A stretch of 64,000 nt of DNA from Alphaproteobacteria bacterium. GTDB taxonomy: Bacteria; Pseudomonadota; Alphaproteobacteria; SP197. The first letter of the stretch is position 1. Each line of letters begins with the position of its first letter. Below, piece by piece: positions 20,788 through 32,063 of this stretch. Location: contig OZ219747.1 of the NCBI GenBank assembly GCA_964291265.2, positions 3,744,001 through 3,808,000 on the forward strand, given 5' to 3'. Below the pieces are notes generated by a model. That model did not search any database. It saw only the letters and a list, made by a program, of their open reading frames with translations, and was not told where the DNA came from. A program made the translations under genes and the position numbers.

Positions 20788-21134
20788 TCAATGTGATCGA
20801 GATCGATGGGGAGAAGGCGGTCGTTACCTTTGACTCGGACATTCAGATGCTGCGCGGCGAGTTTATCGGGCTGAATGGCGGGGCCGACTTCTATGCCGAG
20901 AGTGTCCACGATCTGATCGAGGAAGGCCGGAAATCGCTGGCGGTCTATCTGGAGATGTGTCGGGAAAAGGGCATCGAACCGGGCCGGAAATTTTCCGGGA
21001 AGTTCAATGTCCGCCTCGATCCTTCCGATCATGCCGCAGCAGTCATTGCAGCCGCCGCAGCGGGCAAGAGCCTGAATGAATGGGTCGTCGGGGCGATCAG
21101 GGAAGCCGCCGAGAGTGGCAACCAGGCGGCTTGA
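20784..21134 (+). CDS. hicB: HicB-family antitoxin
   Basis: GEFIGLNGGADFYA..SLAVYLEMC..FSGKFNVRL..GKSLNEWV; ATGA overlap with hicA. Confidence 0.9.
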   Translation: MINVIEIDGEKAVVTFDSDIQMLRGEFIGLNGGADFYAESVHDLIEEGRKSLAVYLEMCREKGIEPGRKFSGKFNVRLDPSDHAAAVIAAAAAGKSLNEWVVGAIREAAESGNQAA

Positions 21135-21417
21135 TCTTGAGCCTATGACCGGATCGTTTCGGTATCGACATATGTTCGAGAAGGAGACCGGGCATGAACG
21201 CTTACCCTGCTTCCACCATCACTCGGCACGCTGCCCCTTAGCTGTGCGTCTCGACGGCGCGTCAGGCCCAGTATGAGGCCTCCATTCCCGACCAGAAGCG
21301 ACAAGGCGAAGCCTATTGCGAGGCGCGAGGCCTGCAACTGGTCGAGGCCTTCATCGAACCCGGTGCGTCGGCGACCAATGATCGCCGTCCCGATCCAGCG
21401 TATGATCGAGGTGAAAA

Positions 21418-22010
21418 GGGCGTGAGTCTGGCATGGCGATGTTGTGATCGCTCGGCTGATCCCGTTTATGCGGCGCGCTTGGGGGCGTAGCCGGGACAGT
21501 TGTTGTCGTTGGCCGGGGTATCGGCCTTGCCCATGAGGGCATTCCATGCGCGGTCGAAGCGTCCGGATTTGATGAGGGCGCGTACGGTGAGGACGGCCTG
21601 GCCGCCGTGGATGCGCCATCGCATGCCGGAGCGCTTCATTCAACCGTGTGACGAGTATTTTGTTGGCGGCCTCGACGACGCCCGAGCCGATGGCGACGCC
21701 GCGGTCGCTGAGGTGGCGGTATCGCATGCGCTTGCGGTGCTTGCGGAAGAAGGCGAGTTCGCGCTCGACGGCGTTGCGCGCGGCGCGGTTGCTGCCTGCC
21801 TTGTCGCGCAGATAGCGCAGCGCCCTTATGACCCTGGCGCTGCCATGCGGATCGTGTCGCAGGGTATGGCGACAAGTCTCGAACCAGTTGGGATCGACGG
21901 CATGGTCGGAGGCTGTGCGGAGATGCTCGCAGGCATGCCGGAAGTCGACGGCTTGCGCTTCGGGCGAGAGGCTCTCCAGGAAGGTCCGGTTGTCGGGGGC
22001 GCCGTCGGCT
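21418..22010 (-). pseudogene. ISKra4-family transposase 3' remnant (divergent copy)
   Basis: Terminus GGGCGTGAGT at 21418; MRYRHL..GVAIGSGVVEAANKILV and DFRHACEHL-like motifs, frameshifted. Confidence 0.75.
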
Positions 22011-22232
22011 GTACCTGTCGCTCGGGCGGCGCATCATGTGAAGCGGAGCCATCTGTACCCCGTGACGCGGTATCATATTGATCTGTTGGGCAGCGTCGGC
22101 GACGCTGGAATGGTGGCACCGCGATCTACGGGATCCTTCCCCGCCCGAACCGTGTCGGCCAAGTATGCAGTGGTATTCGTAGAGCCGAGGCGGCAAACTG
22201 TATCCGCGTTGGCAGCCAGGGATTCAGACTAT

Positions 22233-23590
<1,358 letters not shown>

Positions 23591-25210
23591 CAGGGCTTTT
23601 CTTTTGTCGTCCCGGCGCTCGGCGCACGCAGGCTGATCTTTGGGGTGGACATCCCGTTTTCGCTGTGGCAGTGTGCCGGCATGACGATGCTTGCGACCCC
23701 GGATTCCCCTATCGACCTTCGCGAGGTGACGGTGCGCCCGACCCGTGGCGCACGTGAGCACCGGCTCTGGGATCGTCTGGTCAAGGAGCATCACTACCTG
23801 CGGTTTCACGGCATCATCGGCAAGGGCCTGCGCCATGTCGCCCTGCACGGCGAGACCTGGGTGGCGCTGGTCGGCTGGCAGCCGGGCTCGTTCAAGCTTG
23901 CTGCACGCGACCGCTGGATCGGCTGGACTGCGGAGCAGCAGTTCCGCCGCCTGCATCTGATCGCGAACAATTCCCGGTTCGTCATTCTTGGCCCGAGAGG
24001 GGTGCCGAACCTGGCGTCCCGCGTGCTCGGCCTGAGCCTTCGGCGGCTGTCCGCCGACATTGAGGCTGCGCACGGATACCCAGTGTTCCTCGCGGAGACG
24101 TTCGTCGACATCAAGCGCTTCGCCGGAACCTGCTATCGCGCGGCGAACTGGCGCTCGCTGGGATTGACGCGCGGCTTCGGTCGCAAGCCCGGCGGCGCCG
24201 CACGCTTCCGTCACCACGGCCAGCCCAAGGAGATCTTCATGTACGAACTGACCGACGATGCCGCCGAGGCGCTGAGCCGGGACGCGATCCCGGAGAGCTG
24301 GAACGCGGAGCAGCACGACCAAGCCGGACCGATGGCCGCGTCCGGGCTGCGCAGTCTGTTCGCCTGCCTGGGCGAGGTGCCCGAGTGCCGCAAGCCCCGG
24401 GGCAAGCGCTATCCGCTGAGAACCATTCTCGCGATCGCCGTCGCAGCCCGGCTCGCCGGCTACCGCGGCGTGAGCGCATTCGCTCAGTTCGCCGCCCTGC
24501 TCACCCAGGAACAGCTGGCGGCGGTGGGTGCGTTCTACAGCCCGTCGAAGAAGCGCTACACGGCGCCCACGTCCACAACCTTCCACAGCATCCTCGCCAA
24601 CCTGCCGCCCGAGACCCTGGACCACGCCATCGGCCTGTGGACGGCCCAGCAGGCCGGTGCAGACACACCGCTCGCCATGGACGGCAAGGACATCCGCGGC
24701 GCCTCCAGGCAGACCAAAAACGGGCGGCGGATGATGGTCGCAGCGGTCGAGCACGGAACCGGCATGGTCCTCGGCCAGGTCGAGGTCGACGCGAAGAGCA
24801 ACGAGATCCCCGCCGTGCGGGACCTCGCCAGCAGCATCGACGTCACGGGCCGCATCGTCACCCTGGACGCGATGCACGCTCAGCACGAGACCGCGCAACG
24901 GCTTCTCGAGCGCCGCGCCGACTATGTCATCACGGCGATCAAGGATAACCAGGAGACCATGCTCGACGACCTCAAGGCCATCGACTTCAAGGGCGCGGCT
25001 TCGTTCGAGACACTCGACAAGGGGCACGGACGCATCGAGCGCCGCCGCTGTGCCGTGGTCGACATCTCCGGCGCCGAGTGGGACGGCTACGCCGCTCTCC
25101 ACGGTCACCACCAAGCCATCCGCATCGAGCGCGAACGCGAGATCTGCAAGACCAAAGAACGCAGTGTCGAGACCACCTGGTGCCTCACCTCGCTCGCTCC
25201 CGAACGCGCC

Positions 25211-26986
25211 GTCGGGTAGGCCACTGGCGCGCGTATCCGTAGGCAGAGGCTTTGTCCGTCACCGCTCTTTCGATTGCGGGCGGGGTCGCAGTTCTCCCAT
25301 AGACCACGTTTCCAGCAGTCGGGTAGGCCGCTGGCGCGCGCATCCGTAGGCAGAGGCTTTGTCCGGCACCGCTCTTTCGATTGCGGGCGGGGTCGCAGAA
25401 CTACCATAGACCACGTTTCCAGCAGCCTCCCTAAAATTCCGTACGTCCGGTTTTCCCGGGTACGGCTTCAAGCATCAGGCACCCACTTGGAGTTCGGTGC
25501 GGAGCCTTCCGCCGAACACGCCATGGTCAAGGCTGACCCGACCATACCCACGGCATCTCCGAGCGTTTGCTCCGTCCTTCGACCTTGCAGTCTGTCGGTC
25601 GGTGCCGGTCTCTGAGTACCGACTTGACCTGCCGCATAAGCCACCTGAGCCCTGAGGTCCTCGCTCAGGACGGGTTGTGTTGTCCCGCCCGTCAACGCTT
25701 ACTCGACCTCATCCGCCAGTCAGGAGGACTCCGCGTCCTTTCCCAGTCCTGGTTATAGACGCGGTCCTTGACATTCAAGGGTCACTTCATCCTGTCTGTC
25801 CTCCTCACCTTCCGGCCTTTCACTGCTGTACTGTCCCGGATTGCCGTCGTCTCTACCACGGGGAACCCGATGCGTGCTCCCCAGTTCTTCCGCATCGACT
25901 CTGGCCACCAAGCTGGGGGCAGGCCCTTGGCGTTCCCAACACCCCACAAGTCAGCTTCATGTGGGAAATTTCATTTTCGAGGCTTCGTACAATCGTTCGC
26001 TTTCGCTACGGCCCTCCGGTTCGCTCGCCGCCCTGGCTGACCAGACCAACTGGACACTGCGTTCCAGCCAGCCCACAGCGGCTTCTACATCCCAGCTCGC
26101 TGGCCCAGGGTCACCCCTGTACCAGTGGGATATGCTACGGCGCCAAACTGGGAATTGCGCCGGCGGGACTTTCACCCGCAAGTACAGCAGCTAGACTCGC
26201 TGCACGCCCCCCTAAAATTCCGTACGTCCGGTTTTCCCGGGTACGGCTTCAAGCATCAGGCACCCACTTGGAGTTCGGTGCGGAGCCTTCCGCCGGACAC
26301 GCCATGGTCAAGGCTGACCCAACCATACCCACGGCATCTCCGAGCGTTTGCTCCGTCCTTCGACCTTGCAGTCTGTCGGTCGGTGCCGGTCTCTGAGTAC
26401 CGACTTGACCTGCCGCATAGGCCACCTGAGCCCTGAGGTCCTCGCTCGGGACGGGTTGTGTTGTCCCGCCCGTCAACGCTTACTCGACCTCATCCGCCAG
26501 TCAGGAGGACTCCGCGTCCTTTCCCAATCCTGGTTATAGACGCGGTCCTTGACATTCAAGGGTCACTTCATCCTGTCTGTCCTCCTCACCTTCCGGCCTT
26601 TCACTGCTGTACTGTCCCGGATTGCCGCCGTCTGTACCCCGGGGAACCCGATGCGTGCTCATCAGTTCTTCCGCATCGACTCTGGCCATCGGGCCGGATC
26701 CACGCCCTTGGCATTCCCGACCACCCCACAAATCAGCTTCGTGTGGGAGCATCATTTCGTGGCTTCATCCAATCGTTCGCTTTCGCTACGGCCCTCCGGT
26801 TTGCTCGCCGCCCTGGCTGACCGAACCGGCTGGGCACTGTGTCCCAGCCAGCCCACAACGGCTTTCTACGTCCCAGCTCGCTGGTCCAAGGTCGCCCCTG
26901 AACCAGTGGGATATGCTACGGCGCCAAACTGACAATTGCGCCGGCGGGACTTTCACCCGTAAGTACAGCAGCTAGACTCGCTGCAC
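25211..26986 (-). ncRNA. ORF-less group II intron, outer variant copy 1 (888 nt: 25211-25317 plus 26206-26986)
   Basis: 5' GTGCAGCGAG at 26986; 3' CCTACCCGAC at 25211; DV GAAGCCGTACCCGGGAAAACCGGACGTACGGAATTT; no RT ORF. Confidence 0.88.
25318..26205 (-). ncRNA. ORF-less group II intron, inner variant copy 1 (888 nt)
   Basis: Complete 5' (GTGCAG) and 3' (CCCGAC) ends; DV at about 25433-25469; inserted at the DV-DVI junction of the outer intron. Confidence 0.9.
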
Positions 26987-28762
26987 GTCGGGTAGGCCAC
27001 TGGCGCGCGCATCCGTAGGCAGAGGCTTTGTCCGTCACCGCTCTTTCGATTGCGGGCGGGGTCGCAGTTCTCCCATAGACCACGTTTCCAGCAGTCGGGT
27101 AGGCCGCTGGCGCGCGCATCCGTAGGCAGAGGCTTTGTCCGGCACCGCTCTTTCGATTGCGGGCGGGGTCGCAGAACTACCATAGACCACGTTTCCAGCA
27201 GCCTCCCTAAAATTCCGTACGTCCGGTTTTCCCGGGTACGGCTTCAAGCATCAGGCACCCACTTGGAGTTCGGTGCGGAGCCTTCCGCCGAACACGCCAT
27301 GGTCAAGGCTGACCCGACCATACCCACGGCATCTCCGAGCGTTTGCTCCGTCCTTCGACCTTGCAGTCTGTCGGTCGGTGCCGGTCTCTGAGTACCGACT
27401 TGACCTGCCGCATAAGCCACCTGAGCCCTGAGGTCCTCGCTCAGGACGGGTTGTGTTGTCCCGCCCGTCAACGCTTACTCGACCTCATCCGCCAGTCAGG
27501 AGGACTCCGCGTCCTTTCCCAGTCCTGGTTATAGACGCGGTCCTTGACATTCAAGGGTCACTTCATCCTGTCTGTCCTCCTCACCTTCCGGCCTTTCACT
27601 GCTGTACTGTCCCGGATTGCCGTCGTCTCTACCACGGGGAACCCGATGCGTGCTCCCCAGTTCTTCCGCATCGACTCTGGCCACCAAGCTGGGGGCAGGC
27701 CCTTGGCGTTCCCAACACCCCACAAGTCAGCTTCATGTGGGAAATTTCATTTTCGAGGCTTCGTACAATCGTTCGCTTTCGCTACGGCCCTCCGGTTCGC
27801 TCGCCGCCCTGGCTGACCAGACCAACTGGACACTGCGTTCCAGCCAGCCCACAGCGGCTTCTACATCCCAGCTCGCTGGCCCAGGGTCACCCCTGTACCA
27901 GTGGGATATGCTACGGCGCCAAACTGGGAATTGCGCCGGCGGGACTTTCACCCGCAAGTACAGCAGCTAGACTCGCTGCACGCCCCCCTAAAATTCCGTA
28001 CGTCCGGTTTTCCCGGGTACGGCTTCAAGCATCAGGCACCCACTTGGAGTTCGGTGCGGAGCCTTCCGCCGGACACGCCATGGTCAAGGCTGACCCAACC
28101 ATACCCACGGCATCTCCGAGCGTTTGCTCCGTCCTTCGACCTTGCAGTCTGTCGGTCGGTGCCGGTCTCTGAGTACCGACTTGACCTGCCGCATAGGCCA
28201 CCTGAGCCCTGAGGTCCTCGCTCGGGACGGGTTGTGTTGTCCCGCCCGTCAACGCTTACTCGACCTCATCCGCCAGTCAGGAGGACTCCGCGTCCTTTCC
28301 CAATCCTGGTTATAGACGCGGTCCTTGACATTCAAGGGTCACTTCATCCTGTCTGTCCTCCTCACCTTCCGGCCTTTCACTGCTGTACTGTCCCGGATTG
28401 CCGCCGTCTGTACCCCGGGGAACCCGATGCGTGCTCATCAGTTCTTCCGCATCGACTCTGGCCATCGGGCCGGATCCACGCCCTTGGCATTCCCGACCAC
28501 CCCACAAATCAGCTTCGTGTGGGAGCATCATTTCGTGGCTTCATCCAATCGTTCGCTTTCGCTACGGCCCTCCGGTTTGCTCGCCGCCCTGGCTGACCGA
28601 ACCGGTTGGGCACTGCGTCCCAGCCAGCCCACAACGGCTTTCTACGCCCCAGCTCGCTGGTCCAAGGTCGCCCCTGAACCAGTGGGATATGCTACGGCGC
28701 CAAACTGACAATTGCGCCGGCGGGACTTTCACCCGCAAGTACAGCAGCTAGACTCGCTGCAC
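26987..28762 (-). ncRNA. ORF-less group II intron, outer variant copy 2 (26987-27093 plus 27982-28762)
   Basis: Repeat of 25211-26986 at a 1776-bp offset with about 5 substitutions; 5' end abuts the transposase exon at 28763. Confidence 0.88.
27094..27981 (-). ncRNA. ORF-less group II intron, inner variant copy 2 (888 nt)
   Basis: Apparently identical to 25318-26205 (identical overlapping translations). Confidence 0.9.
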
Positions 28763-29123
28763 GGACCCGAGATGCTTCTGGCCCTCGTGCGCGACCACTG
28801 GGTCATCGAAAATCGACTCCACTACGTACGCGACTTCACCTACGACGAGGACCGCTGCAGGGTCCATGTGCGCCATCTGCCACGCAACCTCTCCTGCCTG
28901 ACAAACGCCGCCATCGCCATCGTGCGCTGCGGCGGACATTTCGACTATATGCCCGAAGCCAACCGGCACTACGCCGCCCGCGCCCAGGACGCGCTCGACG
29001 CTATCCTCATCCCGCCCGGCGGATGAACCTTCGCTCCTGACCCCGCGCCACAAGCCGGGAACGCGCCGCCTGACGGCGCAACAGGACAGCTCTGTTCGCA
29101 CACTCGAAAAAACGTGCCTAGTA

Positions 29124-31552
29124 CTGCCCTTTAGTCATAAATCGTGCTGGACAAGATGATTCGGATGGTGCACCCTGCCCTGCATGGAAGCACACATTCC
29201 GATCAAACGTGTCCTTGAGGACCAGCTCGATCGCCTGCAGTCGATCGTCACCGAGAGCGGCGATAGTAGTCAAAACCGCCTGGCGCTGGAAGTGTGCCGG
29301 CACTTCGGCCTGCGGGACGCACGGGGACGCGAGCGGGTATCGAGCTGTGTCGTGGCCCTGAAGCAGCTGGCATCGCAGGGCAGGATCGAGGGCTTGCCGG
29401 AGCCCTCCGGTCAGCGGCGTCGGGCAACGCCCCGCCGGCTCGGCGAGGCGGTGGAGAAGCCGCGTGATGTGCCGGCGAGCGTGGCGGCGATCCAGGGTCT
29501 GCGGATCCTGCTGGTGCGCACGGATGCCGAACGGGCGCTCTGGAACGAACTGATGGCGCGGGAGCACTTTCTCGGCGCTCCCATTCTGGCCGGTCATCAG
29601 CTGCGCTATCTGGTGGATTCCGCTCACGGCTGTCTCGGCGGTTTCGGCTTTGCCGCAGCGGCGCTGAAGGTGGCGGATCGGGATGCCTGGATCGGCTGGG
29701 ATGCCGACCGGCGTCGTGCGGAGCGACACCGGGTGCTGTCGATGAGCCGGTTTCTGATCCGGGTGCCGGTTGCGAACCTTGCGTCGAAGACGCTGTCGAT
29801 GTGCCTGTCTCGCCTGGGCGCCGATGTTGCGCAGCGCTACGGGTTCCTGCCATGGCTGGTCGAGACCTATGTCGACCCGACGCGCGACGGTGCGAGCCTG
29901 CGGGCGGCGAACTGGCAGCTCGTGGGGTTCACCCGGGGCCGAGGCCGTCAGGACCGCGCGCGCGAGATGGCCGAGAGCGTCAAGGCCGTGTACATGTACG
30001 TTCTGGACCGGGACTGGCGGCACAAGCTGGGGGTGGCGGAGCCGATGCCGGCCCTGTCCCCGGGGGAGGGTCTGGACGCCTCGGCGTGGGCGCACCACGA
30101 GTTCGGGGGAGCGCCGATCGGCGACCGGCGTCTGAGTGCGCGCCTGGTGGAGATTGCACGAAGACAGGGAGAGAGTCCGATGTCGTCCTACAGCGGTCTG
30201 GCGCGCCCGGATCCTGCCGGTGTCCGGGCCTATTATCGGTTCCTGGATCAGCCGGAGACGTCGGCGGTGACCCCGGCGAACATCCTGGCGCCGCACCGTC
30301 AACGAACGGTGCAGCGGATGTGCGGCCAGCGGGTGGCGTTGTGCATTCAGGACGGGACGGACCTGAACTTCGCGACCCGTCCGGGCTGCGACGGTCTGGG
30401 CATCATCGGCACGAACCAGACGGCCTCGCAGACCCTGGGCCTGCACCTGCACGCCAGCTACGTTGTCAGCGGCGAAGGCCTGCCGCTGGGGGTGGCGCGT
30501 CTTGCCTTCGACGCTCCTCCCCGCCCCCGGGCAAAGACCGGTTCGGGCGAGGATGTCGAGATGTCCCGGCGCAAGTCGCAGCGCTGGCTCGACGGTCTCG
30601 ACGACATCGCGGACCTCGCGGCCCGGACGACCGGGGTGAAGGTCGTGTGCGTGATGGACCGGGAAGCGGACTTCTTCGAACTGTTCGACCGGTGCCGGCA
30701 GCATCGCCGTCTGTCGATGCTGGTGCGGGCTCGACATGACCGGGTTCTCAAGCGCGGGGCTGCGAAGCTGTTCACCCGACTACGTACGTCTGCCTGCCGC
30801 GGCACCATGCAGATCGACATACCCCGCCTGACGGCCCGGCCGAAGTCCTCGGGGCGCAAGAAGCAGCCCGGCCGCACTGCCCGGCGGAACGCGGTGCTGG
30901 AGTTGCGCTGGTTGTCGACCACGCTGCCGGCGACCGCTGGCTGCCCCGATGCCGCGCCCGTGGCCGTGACCGCGCTGCATCTCCTCGAGACGGCCCCGCC
31001 GGCCGGGGAAGCTCCGGTGGAATGGTTCCTGTTGACCGACCTTCCTGTGGACCACGCCGAAGCGGCCCAGGAGATCGTCGGCTGGTACGCGCTGCGCTGG
31101 CGGATCGAATGCTGGTTCCGGGTGCTGAAGTCCGGCTGCCGGGTGGAGCACCTGGCGACGCGCAAGGCCTGCCGCCTGGAACGGCAGATCACCATCCACG
31201 CCGTGATCGCCTGGCGTCTTGCCCTGATGACCCTGCTCGGGCGGGATGTGCCGACGATGAAGCCCGACTGCCTGTTCTCGGACCTGGAACTCCGCTTCCT
31301 CGGCGACTATGCCCGGCGATACCGGCTGGACCCGCCCGACACGCTGGGGGCGGCGGTGAAGCTGGTGGCGATCCTCGGCGGGTATCTGGACCGCAAGCAT
31401 GATCCGGCGCCGGGCAACCAGACGATGTGGCATGGCTATCCGCGACTGGCCACCGCTGCCCTGGCCTATGAATGCCTGCTCGAGGCCCTCGATCTGGATC
31501 CGACGTCGGAAGGACACGATCACGTCCTGCACGATTTGTGACTAATAGGTAG
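29124..31552 (+). mobile_element. IS4-family element encoding a DUF4338-fused transposase
   Basis: 24-bp IRs CTGCCCTTTAGTCATAAATCGTGC / CTACCTATTAGTCACAAATCGTGC; 8-bp TSD GCCTAGTA (29116-29123, 31553-31560). Confidence 0.9.
29184..31541 (+). CDS. DUF4338/DruA-like domain fused to IS4 transposase, 785 aa
   Basis: HFLG..GHQLRYL..RDAWIGW..SRFLIR..NLAS..ETYVD..RAANW, then IGDRRLSARL, IQDGTDL, MDREAD, YALRWRIECWFRVLKSG. Confidence 0.87.
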   Translation: MEAHIPIKRVLEDQLDRLQSIVTESGDSSQNRLALEVCRHFGLRDARGRERVSSCVVALKQLASQGRIEGLPEPSGQRRRATPRRLGEAVEKPRDVPASVAAIQGLRILLVRTDAERALWNELMAREHFLGAPILAGHQLRYLVDSAHGCLGGFGFAAAALKVADRDAWIGWDADRRRAERHRVLSMSRFLIRVPVANLASKTLSMCLSRLGADVAQRYGFLPWLVETYVDPTRDGASLRAANWQLVGFTRGRGRQDRAREMAESVKAVYMYVLDRDWRHKLGVAEPMPALSPGEGLDASAWAHHEFGGAPIGDRRLSARLVEIARRQGESPMSSYSGLARPDPAGVRAYYRFLDQPETSAVTPANILAPHRQRTVQRMCGQRVALCIQDGTDLNFATRPGCDGLGIIGTNQTASQTLGLHLHASYVVSGEGLPLGVARLAFDAPPRPRAKTGSGEDVEMSRRKSQRWLDGLDDIADLAARTTGVKVVCVMDREADFFELFDRCRQHRRLSMLVRARHDRVLKRGAAKLFTRLRTSACRGTMQIDIPRLTARPKSSGRKKQPGRTARRNAVLELRWLSTTLPATAGCPDAAPVAVTALHLLETAPPAGEAPVEWFLLTDLPVDHAEAAQEIVGWYALRWRIECWFRVLKSGCRVEHLATRKACRLERQITIHAVIAWRLALMTLLGRDVPTMKPDCLFSDLELRFLGDYARRYRLDPPDTLGAAVKLVAILGGYLDRKHDPAPGNQTMWHGYPRLATAALAYECLLEALDLDPTSEGHDHVLHDL

Positions 31553-31678
31553 GCCTAGTAAGCCCTGATGCACCAGCAGTGCCCACTGAAACCAGCCCAC
31601 AGTGAACCCGGGCGCCTCAACCATGCCGGTCCCTGTCACATCAACAATCCACAGGACTGAAAAAAGAATGGTCCTGAC

Positions 31679-32063
31679 TGATGCGGGAGAGGTACGAGAT
31701 CGTGAGCGCGATGTTCCATGGTTTCGACTTCCGCAAGGACCTTGTCGGCTCGCCGCACTGGCCGGCGCCATCGAGTGGGTCCTCGCCATGCAGCAACGCG
31801 AGTCGGCCCGGGAAGCGACCGAGGACGGCAAGAAACACGCCCATCGCCGCTTCAACGACGCCGTGCTGGCGCTCTCCAGGGCCTTCGCGCTTGCGGCCGC
31901 CAGCGACGAAGCCCGGGAAATCCGCGACGAGGTGGGTTTCTTCCAGACCGTCCGTGCGGCGCTCGCCAAGACTGCGCCCGGCGCCGGCAAGTCTTCCGCG
32001 GAGCGGGACCTCGCGGTTCAGCAGATCGTCAGCCGCGCGGTCGTTTCGACCGAGATCGTCGAC
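31679..32063 (+). pseudogene. hsdR: type I restriction enzyme HsdR internal/C-terminal fragment
   Basis: MRERYEIVSAMFHGFDF, frameshift, then RRFNDAVLALSRAFALAAASDEAREIRDEVGFFQTVRAAL..VQQIVSRAVVSTEIVD; cut by ISKra4. Confidence 0.75.

Larger units (their letters stand above)
23681..29026 (+). pseudogene. DUF4338-ISAs1 fusion transposase interrupted by introns (exons 23681-25210 and 28763-29026)
   Basis: HHYLRF..RDRWIGW..NNSRFVI..NLASRVL..ETFVD..GTCYRAANW, then AMDGKDIRG, KSNEIP, TLDAMH, IKDNQ, GHGRIE; LAPERA|GPEMLL..HWVIENRLHYVRD joins in frame. Confidence 0.9.
23591..31567 (+). mobile_element. ISAs1-family element (DUF4338-fused) containing the intron array and an IS4 in its right end
   Basis: Left end CAGGGCT at 23591; right end AGCCCTG at 31561-31567; no matching TSD, consistent with an adjacent deletion. 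Confidence 0.8.

Noticed and set aside
25850-25856. Candidate EBS3 difference (inner TCTCTAC versus outer TCTGTAC)
   Set aside because: Compatible with the respective first 3'-exon bases, but cannot be placed without a structure model, so not claimed
25211-28762. Many short ORFs repeated in the intron array; possible CRISPR or diversity-generating retroelement
   Set aside because: There is no repeat-spacer pattern, no cas genes and no adenine-specific variation; the ORFs are incidental to a structured RNA
25211-28762. 1776-bp duplication as a pure assembly artefact
   Set aside because: The units differ at several positions and join exactly at intron ends; an artefact is unlikely but needs long reads to exclude
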